A stretch of DNA of 64,000 nt from Collinsella sp. (GCA_046883645.1 JBKTBE010000001.1:11184-75183); one strand, 5' to 3'; shown: positions 22,256-32,880, counted from the first letter of the stretch. Notes: generated by a model from the letters alone, not told the origin. Program-made: numbers and translations.

Positions 22256-23059
22256 ATGGCCCACGCAACAACCCGAGCCTTCGCCGATGAGCGTCGTGCC
22301 GCCATCATGGAAATGCTTGAGCATAATGCCTCGGTGCAGGTAGCAGAAATCGCCCAGACCTTTGGCGTGTCCTCCGTTACCGCCCGCGCCGACCTGGACG
22401 CGCTCGCCGAAGCAGGCAAGCTGCGCCGCACGCATGGTGGCGCCGTATCGCTCCACAAGCGTCTGACTGTTTCCACGCAGGATCGCCGCATCAATGTCAA
22501 CGTCGCCGCCAAGCAGGCCATCGCGCAAAGCGCCATCGAGCTCGTCAATGACGGCGACACGCTGCTCGTCGACTCGGGCACCACGGCGCTCGAGTTCGTC
22601 CGGCTCCTCGATCAGCGCGACGGCATCACCGTTATCACGGCCGACATTACCATCGCCGATTACATCGACGAAAGCATGCCCTCGGTCGATGTCGTCATGC
22701 TGGGCGGGGCGCTGCGCAAAGGTCATCGCTATCTGTACGGCCCGCTCACTATGCAAGCGCTCCAAATGGTCCACGCCGATCTTGCCGTCATGTGCCCTGG
22801 AGCTTTTGTTCCCGGCTGCGGCTTTACGACCGACTTTCCGCAGATGGCCGAGACCAAAGCGGCTATGGTCGGTGCCGCCCGTCAAAGCGTCGCCCTTATG
22901 GACGCCAGCAAGGTTAACGGACGCGGCATGTACCGCTTTGCCGAGCTGACCGATGTCGACACCATCGTGATGGACCGTGATCCCGATGGCGCCGTCGCCA
23001 CCTCAATCGCCGAGACCGTCGACGACGCCCGCCCAAATCTCGTCATCGCCGGCGCTTAA
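22256..23059 (+). CDS. DeoR/GlpR-family regulator (AgaR-like)
   Basis: VSSVTARADL..RTHGGA, DSGTT; divergent from the aldolase. Confidence 0.9.
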   Translation: MAHATTRAFADERRAAIMEMLEHNASVQVAEIAQTFGVSSVTARADLDALAEAGKLRRTHGGAVSLHKRLTVSTQDRRINVNVAAKQAIAQSAIELVNDGDTLLVDSGTTALEFVRLLDQRDGITVITADITIADYIDESMPSVDVVMLGGALRKGHRYLYGPLTMQALQMVHADLAVMCPGAFVPGCGFTTDFPQMAETKAAMVGAARQSVALMDASKVNGRGMYRFAELTDVDTIVMDRDPDGAVATSIAETVDDARPNLVIAGA

Positions 23060-23105
23060 ACAAAAACCACCACAAAGGTGCCTGTCCCCTTTGTGGTGGT
23101 TTTGC
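23060..23105. terminator. Bidirectional hairpin with a CCTGTCCC loop
   Basis: aaaaccaccacaaagg-tgcctgtcc-cctttgtggtggtttt between convergent genes. Confidence 0.6.
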
Positions 23106-23125
23106 TCGTTAAAAGCGAAATATCG

Positions 23126-24286
23126 CTACTTGGAAAGCTCGTCGGCGAGGACCTCGATCTGAGCGCGCGAGGCGTCGTTGAGCGAGCCCAGCACGGTCAC
23201 CTTGTTCTGCGCCAAGGTGATGTCCTTCATGCCCTCGAGCTCCTTGGCCATAACCTTGGCAGCGGTGGGCGCCCAGGAGCCGGCCTCGACGAGTGCCACC
23301 GTACGGTTCTGATAGGCGTGCTCGGCAAGCGTATGGATAAAGGTGCTCATGAACGGGAAGATCTCACCCTGATAGGTGATGGAAGCGAGCACCAGACGGT
23401 CGTAGCGGAACGCATCCTCAACGGCCTCGGCCATGTCGTCGCGAGCCAGGTCAAAGACGGAGACCTTCTGGCCGCGAGCCTCAAGCGCTGCGGCGAGCTC
23501 CTCGACGGCAGCCTTCAGATGGCCATACACACTCGCATAGGCGATCGTGATGCCCTCGTCCTCGGGCTGATAGCTCGACCAGGTGTTATAGGTGTCGAGG
23601 TAATAGCCCAGGTTCTCGGTCAGTACGGGGCCGTGGAGCGGACAGATGATCTGAATGTCCAGGTCGGCGGCCTTCTTGAGCACGGTCTGCACGAACTTGC
23701 CGAACTTACCGACGATGCCAAAGTAGTAGCGGCGAGCCTCGCAAGCCCAGCCCTCGGGATCCTCGATGTCGTTGGCGCCAAACTTGCCAAAGCCGTCGGC
23801 ACTAAAGAGCACCTTGTCGGTGGACTCGTAGGAGAAGATCACCTCAGGCCAGTGAACGTTGGGGGCGCCGACAAAGGTTAGGCTGTGGCCGCCCAGGTCG
23901 AGCACATCGCCCTCTTTGACGACCATCTTGCGCTCGGGGAAGTCGGTGCCAAAGTAGTTGACCATCATGCGGAAGGCACCCATGCTGGCCACGATCTGCG
24001 CCTGGGGATAGCGCTCCATAAAGGCAGCGATGCCGGCGGAGTGATCGGGCTCCATGTGATGAACGACCAGGTAGTCGGGCGTACGACCATCGAGCACGGC
24101 CTCGAGGTTGCCGAGCCACTCGTCGACAAAGTCAGCGTCAACCGAATCGGCGACGGCGATCTTGTCGCCCAAGATAACGTAGCTGTTGTATGCCATGCCG
24201 TTCTCGGACACATCGTACTGGCCCTCGAACAGGTCAATGTCGTGATCGTCGACACCGATGTAGCGGATATCCTTGGTGATCTCCAT
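23126..24286 (-). CDS. FprA-type flavodiiron protein (metallo-beta-lactamase fold + flavodoxin)
   Basis: HHMEPDHS, VHWPE, SADGFG, PLHG, YASVYG. Confidence 0.9.
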   Translation of the reverse strand: MEITKDIRYIGVDDHDIDLFEGQYDVSENGMAYNSYVILGDKIAVADSVDADFVDEWLGNLEAVLDGRTPDYLVVHHMEPDHSAGIAAFMERYPQAQIVASMGAFRMMVNYFGTDFPERKMVVKEGDVLDLGGHSLTFVGAPNVHWPEVIFSYESTDKVLFSADGFGKFGANDIEDPEGWACEARRYYFGIVGKFGKFVQTVLKKAADLDIQIICPLHGPVLTENLGYYLDTYNTWSSYQPEDEGITIAYASVYGHLKAAVEELAAALEARGQKVSVFDLARDDMAEAVEDAFRYDRLVLASITYQGEIFPFMSTFIHTLAEHAYQNRTVALVEAGSWAPTAAKVMAKELEGMKDITLAQNKVTVLGSLNDASRAQIEVLADELSK

Positions 24287-24415
24287 CAGGCAAAGCCTCC
24301 TAGATAGACAAAAGAACCCGTCTATCATAGCACTCGCCTTCATAGCCACGGCTATCTGTCAGCATCCTTATCGATTGTTATTGAGGCGGAATATACCTCC
24401 GTTTACCTGCAAAAA

Positions 24416-25447
24416 CTATGTGCGCGGTATCGCCGTGCTATGTCGAATAATGAGCTGGCCGGGAATACGAATGGCAACGGTTTTGCCCGCCGTACCCGCC
24501 TCGGGAACCGCATGCTCAAACACCTCGCGTCCGCGCTGATGTAGATCGAATCGCACGGTCGTGAGCTCGTTGTGTGCTACAAAATCATCGAGCGAATCAT
24601 CGACGCCCACCACGCTTACGTCCTCGGGCACGCGCAGACCGCTATCGCGCAGCGCGGCAATCGCGCCATTTGCCATCTGGTCGTTTGCCGCATAAATCGC
24701 CGTCATGGTGCGATCGTGCTCGGCCAGGTACCTGCCAGCCTCGTAACCGCTGTTGGCAGACCAGTCGCCCTCGAGCGGCTCTGCCGGCTCGATGTGTTTA
24801 CGCTCGAGCGCATCCTGCCAACCGGCACGACGAAATTGCTCGTCGACCGAGAACGACGGGCCGCCAATATAGCGAATCTGCTCGTGCCCCAGCTCAAAAA
24901 GGTGATCCATAAGCAATAGCGAGCAGCCGTAATGGTCGGAATCGACCGTGGTCACCCGCGGATGCGCATACATGGTAACGATGACCGTGCCAATGCCCGG
25001 CAGTGGATCAAACGTCTCAAAATCGGGCGCCATGCGACTCATGCCGATGATGATGCCGTCCACGGGCAGTGCGGCCATGCGACGCGTTGCCTCGGCAAGC
25101 GAAAACTCCTCGGTCTTGGACATCTCGACCAGCGTGATGGCGCAATTATGCTCGCGAGCAGCGCTGGCGATGCCGTCGATCATTGAGAGGTTGCCAAACT
25201 TGGTGACATCGTTGACGCACAGGCCGACCGAATGGTAACGGCCGTCGCGCAGCGAGCGACCGGCATAACTCGGACGAAAGCCGAGCTCTTGCATGGCGGC
25301 CTGCACGCGCTGGCGCGTCTGCTCGTTAACGTTGGGCAAGCCGTTGGCGACGCGCGAAACCGTCTGCTGCGAAACGCCAGCAGCGCGGGCGACGTCGGCC
25401 ATGGAGACCGGACGCGTACCTGTATCGTTGGACGGGCGCCTTGCCAC
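24416..25447 (-). CDS. LacI-family regulator (GalR-like), divergent from galK
   Basis: SMADVARAAGVSQQTVSRV; VPEDVSVVGVDD. Confidence 0.9.
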   Translation of the reverse strand: MARRPSNDTGTRPVSMADVARAAGVSQQTVSRVANGLPNVNEQTRQRVQAAMQELGFRPSYAGRSLRDGRYHSVGLCVNDVTKFGNLSMIDGIASAAREHNCAITLVEMSKTEEFSLAEATRRMAALPVDGIIIGMSRMAPDFETFDPLPGIGTVIVTMYAHPRVTTVDSDHYGCSLLLMDHLFELGHEQIRYIGGPSFSVDEQFRRAGWQDALERKHIEPAEPLEGDWSANSGYEAGRYLAEHDRTMTAIYAANDQMANGAIAALRDSGLRVPEDVSVVGVDDSLDDFVAHNELTTVRFDLHQRGREVFEHAVPEAGTAGKTVAIRIPGQLIIRHSTAIPRT

Positions 25448-25539
25448 AGGATCACCTTCACCCTTGCGAGATCTGAATAGCGTGCATGCCGGCCCGGGCA
25501 GAAATACATCCCGCGCCAAGGCCCGCTATCGTCGGACGC

Positions 25540-25742
25540 ATGTTAACGTACTCTACTTTTTCAATCCGCAACTCTTCTGCTCTATAAGTCCATACGGCAA
25601 TACCGTTCACGGCTGAATTTCTACCGATTACCAGATTCTCAAAAAGTGATAAGCGTTGTGTTATGAGTACGTTAACATAGCCCGTAACGTGCGGCATCGT
25701 GAACACTTGGTTCATGCCGCTTCAAGTTGTTAACGTACTCAT
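25540..25742. promoter_or_regulatory. Three LacI-type operators TGTTAACGTACTC upstream of galK
   Basis: atgttaacgtactc (25540), atgagtacgttaacat (25663, inverted), ttgttaacgtactcat (25727). Confidence 0.65.
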
Positions 25743-25785
25743 AACGGCGCAAAACTCACCCGTGCGCGCCAAGGAAAGGACTCCC

Positions 25786-26991
25786 ATGACCACTCCCGAC
25801 GAAAAGACACTCGCCACGCTCACCAAGCTATTTGAGGAGGAGTTTGGCCCCATCGGCGACCGCCAGGTGCTCTACGTGCACGCGCCCGGCCGTTCCGAGA
25901 TCAGCGGCAACCACACCGACCACGAGGGCGGCCACGTTATCGCCGGCTCGCTCGATGTCGCCGTTGACGGCATCGCCGTGGCAACCGACTCCAACAAGAT
26001 TCGCGTCGCCGACGAGGGCTATCCTACGTTTGAAATCATGCTCGACACGCTGGATATTCAAGAGTCCGAGAAGGGCACGTCCGCGAGCCTCGTCCGCGGC
26101 ATGGCCCACGAGATTGCAGCCCTTGGCGTTGAGCCCCACGGCTTCGATTTCGCCTTCACCTGCTCCGTCCCCTCGGGCGGCGGTCTTTCCAGCTCTGCCG
26201 CCGTCGAGGCCGCGTACGGTCGCGCCATGGAAACCCTCTGGGGCGCACCCGCCATCGAGCCCGTCGCGCTCGCGCAGATGAGCCAGCGCACCGAGAACAA
26301 CTATTACGGCAAGCCCTGCGGTCTGATGGACCAGGCCGCCGTGTGCCTGGGCGGCCTTGCCTACATGGACTTTGAGGACCAGGCTCAGCCTAAAACCCAG
26401 AAGCTCGAGCTCAACTTTGAGGATCACGGCTATGCGCTCGTGCTCGTTAAGGTCGGTGCCGACCACGTGGCCGCCACCGACGACTACGCCGCCGTTCCGC
26501 GCGAGATGCAGGACGTTGCCGCCGAGTTTGGCAAGGCACGCCTGTGCGAGGTCGACGTTGCCGATTTTGACGCCAAGCTCCCCGAGCTGCGCGCCAAGCT
26601 GGGCGACCGCGCCTGCCTGCGCGCCGTTCACTACTGGTACGAGAACGGCCTGGTCGACAAGCGCTGGGCTGCTCTGAACGCCGGCGACATCGATCAGTTC
26701 CTGGTCCTGACGCGCGAGTCCGGCGCCAGCTCTGCCATGTACCTACAGAATGTCGTTGCCAAGCTGGGCTCCGAGCAGCCCTCGATGTATGCCCTGGCAC
26801 TGGCCGAGCACGTGCTCGACGGCCGTGGCGCCGTCCGTATCCACGGTGGCGGCTTTGGTGGCACCATCCAGGCCTTCGTGCCGCTCGACCTGGTCGACAC
26901 CTTTATCACCAAGATGAACGGCTGGCTAGGCGAGGGCTCTGCCCGCCACTACGCAATTTCTGACAAGGGGGCTTACGCGGCATGGCTGTAA
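25786..26991 (+). CDS. galK: Galactokinase
   Basis: APGRSEISGNHTDH, PSGGGLSSSAA, CGLMDQ, RIHGGGFGG. Confidence 0.93.
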   Translation: MTTPDEKTLATLTKLFEEEFGPIGDRQVLYVHAPGRSEISGNHTDHEGGHVIAGSLDVAVDGIAVATDSNKIRVADEGYPTFEIMLDTLDIQESEKGTSASLVRGMAHEIAALGVEPHGFDFAFTCSVPSGGGLSSSAAVEAAYGRAMETLWGAPAIEPVALAQMSQRTENNYYGKPCGLMDQAAVCLGGLAYMDFEDQAQPKTQKLELNFEDHGYALVLVKVGADHVAATDDYAAVPREMQDVAAEFGKARLCEVDVADFDAKLPELRAKLGDRACLRAVHYWYENGLVDKRWAALNAGDIDQFLVLTRESGASSAMYLQNVVAKLGSEQPSMYALALAEHVLDGRGAVRIHGGGFGGTIQAFVPLDLVDTFITKMNGWLGEGSARHYAISDKGAYAAWL

Positions 26992-28610
26992 TGACTGACG
27001 TGCGCGAGGCCGCGCAGAACCTGATCGAGTACGCTATCCACCGATCGATGATCGGCCAGGACGATCGCATCTGGGCGTATAACACCATTCTCGAGTGCAT
27101 CGGTGCTACGGGGCCGGCGCTCGACATGGCCTGGGCGCTCCAGGTCGAGAAACTCTCGCTCTTGCACCCCGACACCCTGCCCAACTTTGACCTTGAAGGC
27201 ACACTTGCCGCGCTTTCCGAGGCCGCCGTTGCCAACGGTGCTGCCGAGGATACGGCATCGGGCCGCGATCGCATCGCCATGCGCATCATGGGTGTGCTGA
27301 TGCCGAGGCCTTCGGTTGTAAACGAGGAATTCAACGGCCGCATTGGTGTCAACGAGCCCCGCGCCGCAACCGACTGGTTCTACGGTCTATGCTGCGACGC
27401 CGGCTACGTGCGCCGCGCCGCCATCGCGCGCAATATCAAATGGAGCACCCCCACCAACTGGGGCGACCTGGAGATCACCATCAACCTGTCCAAGCCTGAG
27501 AAGGACCCGCGCGATATTGCCGCGGCCGGTGCCGCCAAAAACACGAGCGAGAAGTATCCCGCCTGTCAGCTGTGCATCGAGAACGAGGGCTACCCTGGAC
27601 GCTCCGCCGCAGCCGACGGCGGTGCCCATCCCGCCCGTCAGAACCTGCGAGTTATCCCTATCCAGCTCGACGGCGAGCGCTGGGGCTTCCAATACAGCCC
27701 GTACGCGTACTTTAACGAGCACTGCATTGCCATGAGCTCCGAGCATCGTCCGATGCACGTCGACCGCAAGGGGCTGACCTGCCTGCTCGACTTTGTCGAC
27801 CTGTTCCCGCACTACTTTATTGGCTCCAACGCCGACCTGCCCATCGTGGGCGGCTCGATTCTGTCGCACGACCACTTCCAGGGCGGCGCGCACGAGTTCC
27901 CCATGATGCACGCCGCCGAGGTCTCGCAGTTTAGCATGCCCGGCTTTGACCAGGTCAGCGGTACCGTGTTGCAGTGGCCGCTTTCGGTGCTGCGACTGCG
28001 CTCGCACGACCGCGCCCAGCTGCTCGACGCCACCGAGAAGATTATCCTCGCCTGGCGCGAGTGGACCGATGAGTCTGTGGGCGTCATCGCGCACACAGCC
28101 GACGGCGTGGCCCACAACACCGTGACGCCCGTCATTCGCCGCGTGGACTCCCGCGGCAACGCCGGCGGCGAGATTTACGAGGCCTATCTGGCGCTTCGCT
28201 GCAATATCACGACCGACGAGCACCCGCTAGGCGTTTTCCACCCACATGCCGAGTACCACCACATTAAGAAGGAGAACATCGGCCTGATCGAAGTCATGGG
28301 CCTGGCCATTTTGCCGCCGCGCCTGGTTCCCGAGCTTGGCGCTGTCCGTGAGCATCTGCTGGCAGCCAAGGTCGATGCCAGCTACGACCTTGCCGGTGCG
28401 CTCGAGGGCGATGATCTTTGCCGCAGCCACGCCGCATGGGCTGAGGACGTCTTTGCCCGCCGCGCCGACGAGCTTACGGCCGACAACGCCATCGATATCC
28501 TGCACGAGGAGGTCGGCGTGGTGTTTGGCCACGTGCTCGACAACGCCGGCGTCTTTAAGTGGGACGAGGCAGGACGTGCCGCCCAGCAGCGCTTTATCGA
28601 CTCGCTGTAG
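26982..28610 (+). CDS. galT: Galactose-1-phosphate uridylyltransferase (Gram-positive, type II)
   Basis: ITINLSKPEKDP, YSPYAYFNEH, GSNADLPIVGGSILSHDHFQGG, HIKKENIGLIEVMG. Confidence 0.95.
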   Translation: MAVMTDVREAAQNLIEYAIHRSMIGQDDRIWAYNTILECIGATGPALDMAWALQVEKLSLLHPDTLPNFDLEGTLAALSEAAVANGAAEDTASGRDRIAMRIMGVLMPRPSVVNEEFNGRIGVNEPRAATDWFYGLCCDAGYVRRAAIARNIKWSTPTNWGDLEITINLSKPEKDPRDIAAAGAAKNTSEKYPACQLCIENEGYPGRSAAADGGAHPARQNLRVIPIQLDGERWGFQYSPYAYFNEHCIAMSSEHRPMHVDRKGLTCLLDFVDLFPHYFIGSNADLPIVGGSILSHDHFQGGAHEFPMMHAAEVSQFSMPGFDQVSGTVLQWPLSVLRLRSHDRAQLLDATEKIILAWREWTDESVGVIAHTADGVAHNTVTPVIRRVDSRGNAGGEIYEAYLALRCNITTDEHPLGVFHPHAEYHHIKKENIGLIEVMGLAILPPRLVPELGAVREHLLAAKVDASYDLAGALEGDDLCRSHAAWAEDVFARRADELTADNAIDILHEEVGVVFGHVLDNAGVFKWDEAGRAAQQRFIDSL

Positions 28611-28791
28611 AGCACAGACCCGGACGCTCAACGGCAGCCCCCACGACATAGCCACCTACACGACAACGGCGCCCGCCGGCAACATCGCCGGCGGGCGCCG
28701 TTTTCTGATGCAAGGGTAGCTAATTTGCACCAAAACAAGGAGTGTTCCAAACTGCCGGCAGAGAAGGAGCGCCCCAGGTGCCGACCTAAAC

Positions 28792-28881
28792 CCCACATTA
28801 TTCGATGGAAAAACGTGGTTACCTCCCACATTATTCGATGGAAAAACGTGGTTTACTCCCACATTTTTCGATGGAAAGACC
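28792..28881 (+). repeat. 2.7 tandem copies of a 33-bp unit upstream of the AAA ATPase
   Basis: cccacattattcgatggaaaaacgtggtt.. at 28792, 28825 and 28858. Confidence 0.85.
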
Positions 28882-28920
28882 AAGACGGTCTTATACTAAC
28901 CATGATCGTTAGGGGGCAGT

Positions 28921-30222
28921 ATGCAGCGACAGCTAATGGACGAACTCATCGCTTGGAAATCTAGGTCAAACCGCAAGCCCCTCCTGCTTAAGGGGGCCCG
29001 CCAGACGGGAAAAACCTGGCTTCTCAACGAATTCGCAGGCCAGCAGTATCAAAACGTCATCCGTTTTGACTTTATGCTCGAACCGGGCGCACGTTCGCTG
29101 TTCGACGGAAGCCTTGACCCCAAACGCATCATCTCCCAGATAGAGCTCCTGCGCGGCCAGACCATAACGCCGACAGACACGCTCATCATCTTCGACGAAA
29201 TCCAAGAGGCACCGCGTGGCATCACCTCGCTCAAATACTTCAACGAGCTGGCGCCGGAATACCATATCGTGGCAGCCGGCTCCTATATGGGGCTCGCGCT
29301 CCGACGCGAAAACGAGTCGTTCCCCGTCGGCAAGATCGACCAGCTCACCATGCGCCCCATGGGGTTTGTCGAGTTCGTTCGTGCCGTCGATGGCGATCCG
29401 CTCGCAGATGCCATCCTTGCCGCAGACATGGACCTGCTGGCAAACGTTTCCGAAAAGCTCGAGCGCCTGCTCAAGGAATACCTCGTTGTCGGAGGCATGC
29501 CAGAAGTTGTCTCCGCTTTCGCCGCCTCCCACGATTTCATCGAGGCCCGCAGGCTTCAGCAGCAAATCATCGAAGCTTATGAATCCGATTTTGGCAAGCA
29601 TGCGCCAGCCCGCATCGTCGAGCGCATGAGGCTGGTTTGGAAATCCCTTCCCGGCCAGCTCGCAAAGGAAAACAAGAAGTTCGTCTACGGCGCGCTTCGT
29701 CCCGGGGCGCGCGCACGCGATTTTGAGGAAAGCCTCCAGTGGCTCATGGACTATGGAATCGTTCATAAGGTACCACGTGTTTCCGCCCTAAGAGCACCGC
29801 TCACAAGCTACGAGGATCTCTCGGGCTTCAAGCTGTTCTGCATCGACACCGGCATCCTCGGAGCACTCTCCGGCCTCTCGCCAGCCATTGTTCTGAACGG
29901 GCCCGCTGTTTTTACGGAGTTCAAAGGCTCGCTGACCGAGCAATACGTCGCACAGGAGCTTTTGCTCCAAGGCAAAACTCCCGCGTATTGGTCATCCTCC
30001 TCCGGCAATGCAGAGACTGACTTTGCCATCGACCATGCGGGGACCGTGCTTCCGCTCGAGGTCAAGGCGGCAGAGAACCTCAAAGCAAAGAGCCTGAGGA
30101 TTGCCTGCGAGAAGTTCAAGCTCGAGCGCTGCGTGAGAACATCGTTAGCGGCATATAGAGACGAGGGCACGCTCGTCAACATTCCGCTCTGGGAGATTGG
30201 GCAAATCGACAAGCTGGCATAG
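28921..30222 (+). CDS. AAA_14-type ATPase with a DUF4143-like C-terminal region
   Basis: GARQTGKT, FDEIQ, VGGMPEVV, DTGIL, ETDF..PLEVKA (PD-(D/E)xK-like tail). Confidence 0.85.
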   Translation: MQRQLMDELIAWKSRSNRKPLLLKGARQTGKTWLLNEFAGQQYQNVIRFDFMLEPGARSLFDGSLDPKRIISQIELLRGQTITPTDTLIIFDEIQEAPRGITSLKYFNELAPEYHIVAAGSYMGLALRRENESFPVGKIDQLTMRPMGFVEFVRAVDGDPLADAILAADMDLLANVSEKLERLLKEYLVVGGMPEVVSAFAASHDFIEARRLQQQIIEAYESDFGKHAPARIVERMRLVWKSLPGQLAKENKKFVYGALRPGARARDFEESLQWLMDYGIVHKVPRVSALRAPLTSYEDLSGFKLFCIDTGILGALSGLSPAIVLNGPAVFTEFKGSLTEQYVAQELLLQGKTPAYWSSSSGNAETDFAIDHAGTVLPLEVKAAENLKAKSLRIACEKFKLERCVRTSLAAYRDEGTLVNIPLWEIGQIDKLA

Positions 30223-30302
30223 GCGCTGTGGAGGGGTGCCCCGTAAGGAGTGTCCCAAACTGCCGGCAGAAAAGAAACGTCCCTATCTGCCGCAGTCATT
30301 TA

Positions 30303-30364
30303 AGATTGCCGCTCTGGCGGGTTTGCAGCGTCAACTGGTTACGCGGTTCGTAGAACCGCGTAAC
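30303..30364 (-). repeat. Structured repeat family S, truncated copy 3
   Basis: Reverse complement gttacgcggttctacgaaccgcgtaac-cagttgacgctgcaaacccgccagagcggcaatct, directly after the lacC stop. Confidence 0.75.
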
Positions 30365-30365
30365 T

Positions 30366-31301
30366 CTAAAGCTCCGTTACTTCAACGTTGTTGAAGATCT
30401 CATCCCAGCGGTCCATGACCAGGTGACCGGTCTTGGGATCCATGGCGTTGAGCTTGCCGCAGGTATTGGCAGTCTTAAGTACGGTGATATCGTCGGCGCT
30501 GGCAGCAATAGCATGCGCAAAGCCGGCGATGGTCGAGTCGCCGGAACCCGTCGCGTTCACAGCGGCAATCGCGGGCGTCTTGGCGCGGAACGCACGACCC
30601 TCATGGAAGCCCACCGAGCCTGCGGCGCCCATCGAGACGACAACCCAGGGAATACCGGCAAAGCGGTCATCGGCGGCAAGCGCCTCGCGCAGGGCATCGA
30701 CATCATCGGTCGTAAAGGACGTACCCAGCAGGCCGTTAATCTCGGTCAGGTTGGGCTTTACGAGCTCAGGCTTAGCGTCGGACTCCAGCGCTGCCTCCAG
30801 TGAAGCGCCCGAGGTATCGAGCAGCACCTTGGCGCCCGCCTCCTCGGCAATCTTGACCAGCTCGGCGTAGTAGCCGGCATCGACACCGCGCGGCAGCGAG
30901 CCCGAAAGCGTCACGACGTCCGCCTTCGCTGCAAGCTCGGCAAACTTGGCCGTAAAGGCCTCGAGCTCGGCCGGGGCGATCTGCGGGCCGCTCTCCAGCA
31001 GCTCGGTCTGATTGCCCTCATGCAGGATATTCAGGCAGATGCGCGTCTCACCAGCAATAGGCACAAAGTCGTTCTTGACGCCGTCGGCATCCATAAGCTC
31101 GGCCATATAGGCACCCATGTGGCCGCCGAGCAGGCCGGTCGCGAGCACGTCGTCACCCAGCTGCAGCAGCACGCGACTCACGTTGAGGCCCTTGCCGCCA
31201 GCGGTCTTTTCGGGTGTCACACGGTTAACATCGTCGATGATCAGCTTGTCGAGCTGATAGCGCGTATCAATCGACGGGTTCATGGTAACGGTCAGAATCA
31301 T
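30366..31301 (-). CDS. lacC: Tagatose-6-phosphate kinase / 1-phosphofructokinase family (copy 1)
   Basis: MILTVTMNPSID, GGKGLNV, KPN, NATGSGDS; downstream of lacAB. Confidence 0.85.
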   Translation of the reverse strand: MILTVTMNPSIDTRYQLDKLIIDDVNRVTPEKTAGGKGLNVSRVLLQLGDDVLATGLLGGHMGAYMAELMDADGVKNDFVPIAGETRICLNILHEGNQTELLESGPQIAPAELEAFTAKFAELAAKADVVTLSGSLPRGVDAGYYAELVKIAEEAGAKVLLDTSGASLEAALESDAKPELVKPNLTEINGLLGTSFTTDDVDALREALAADDRFAGIPWVVVSMGAAGSVGFHEGRAFRAKTPAIAAVNATGSGDSTIAGFAHAIAASADDITVLKTANTCGKLNAMDPKTGHLVMDRWDEIFNNVEVTEL

Positions 31302-31354
31302 GTTGAACTCCTGTTCCGGGGCGGCATAACCCGCCCCAAACATACGATAGCTCG

Positions 31355-32236
31355 TTAAAGGATCTCGATCTCAAAGCCGCGGGTAACGGTCTCCCCCGGC
31401 TTGGCCACCAGGCAGCCGCGCTTGTGCTCCAGAATATCGTCCTCATCGGAGCAGGTGGACAGGCCGCCCCACGGTTCCACGGCCACAAAGTCCCCCTCGG
31501 GCTTGCTCCACACAATCAGGTACGGCATATCGGGGAACGTCAGGCGCACGCCCTTGTCCTCGGTCTTCTTGGTCAGCGTAACCACGCGGCTCTCGAGCAC
31601 GTCAAAGATGGTCTCCGCGAAGTCAAAGAGTTCGTGGGTCAGCGGCAGGTCATGGCCAACCATCGGGTTCTTGCTGCGATGCTCAACATCAATCAGGCCC
31701 GTCGAGGGAACGGCAGTACAGAGCTCGGCGGCCTCGCGCTGCTCAAAACGGAGCTCGTAGTCGTCATAAGACTCGCCCTCGTCAAGCGGGCACTTAAAGC
31801 CAGGGTGACCGCCCACAAAGAACGGCATGTCCTCGGTGCCCTCATTGGTCACCTCGTACGACACGGCCACCTTCTCCGCATCGATCGTGTAACGAGCAAC
31901 GATCTTAAACGGATACGGGTACTGCTCGAGCAACTCGGCATGGTCGGCAGAGCTTAAGCTCAGCGCGACCATGTTGTCGCCCTGCTCCTCGAGCTTCCAC
32001 TCCTGTTTGCGAGCAAAGCCGTGACGGGCAAGCTTGACCTCGCGGCCGCCCATGGTCATTGCGTGACCGTCACGAAGGCCGCCGCAGATCGGGAAGCAAA
32101 TGGGTGCCTGGCCCGACCAGACCGCCGGGTCACCCTGCCACAGGTACTCACGGCCGTTGGCCGCAATAGAAGTGAACGACCCGCCCGCCGTGCTCAGTGC
32201 TACGCGGATAGAACCGTTATCAAGAACAAACTCCAT
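31355..32236 (-). CDS. lacX: Aldose-1-epimerase family protein (LacX-like, copy 1)
   Basis: EYLWQGDP..W, HGFAR, GGHPGF, VAVEPW. Confidence 0.8.
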   Translation of the reverse strand: MEFVLDNGSIRVALSTAGGSFTSIAANGREYLWQGDPAVWSGQAPICFPICGGLRDGHAMTMGGREVKLARHGFARKQEWKLEEQGDNMVALSLSSADHAELLEQYPYPFKIVARYTIDAEKVAVSYEVTNEGTEDMPFFVGGHPGFKCPLDEGESYDDYELRFEQREAAELCTAVPSTGLIDVEHRSKNPMVGHDLPLTHELFDFAETIFDVLESRVVTLTKKTEDKGVRLTFPDMPYLIVWSKPEGDFVAVEPWGGLSTCSDEDDILEHKRGCLVAKPGETVTRGFEIEIL

Positions 32237-32355
32237 AGGAGCCTTCCCTTTCTTACGACAGCCCGCCAAGTCAATAGGGCTGATAGAAAACCGGCCCGCG
32301 CCCCATCACAGAAACGCGAGCCGTCAACGGACTAGTTAATTACGCCGGATACCCG

Positions 32356-32880
32356 CTAATCGTGGTATTCGCCGCGGTCCCACTTCTCGAGGAACTCGTC
32401 AAAGAAGTGCGGGTCGGCCTGAGCCTCGGCGTCGGCCTTATTGCAGGCATCGATCTTGGCGATCAGGGCATCGTGCTCGGGGGTCTTCTCGTAGGGCTCC
32501 TCCAGGAAGGCAAGCATGATATCGGCCATCAGGAACTCGCCGGTGATCTTGCCGCCAAAGCCCACGATATTGGCGTTGAGCTCGCGACGGGCATACAGGG
32601 CAGAGGTCATGTCGCGGACCAGGGCGCAGCGGGCGCCGGGAACCTTGTTGACGGCGTTGGTGATGCCGATGCCGGTGCCGCACAGGGCCACGCCAAAGTC
32701 GGCCTTGCCGCTGGCAACAGCCTCGCCCACGGCCTTGCCGTAGATGGGATAGTGCGTACGGGTGTGGCTGTAGGTGCCGCAGTCGAGCACCTTGTAGCCA
32801 GCCTGCTCCAGGCGGTCGGCCAGATAGATCTTCTCGTCCGTAACGATATGGTCGCAACCGATTGCGATGGTCTTCTTCAT
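32356..32880 (-). CDS. lacB: Galactose-6-phosphate isomerase subunit B
   Basis: [21 protein letters not shown], ends [16 protein letters not shown]. Confidence 0.95.
   Translation of the reverse strand: MKKTIAIGCDHIVTDEKIYLADRLEQAGYKVLDCGTYSHTRTHYPIYGKAVGEAVASGKADFGVALCGTGIGITNAVNKVPGARCALVRDMTSALYARRELNANIVGFGGKITGEFLMADIMLAFLEEPYEKTPEHDALIAKIDACNKADAEAQADPHFFDEFLEKWDRGEYHD

Noticed and set aside
28792..28881. Mini-CRISPR upstream of the AAA ATPase
   Set aside because: Head-to-tail 33-bp units with no spacers.
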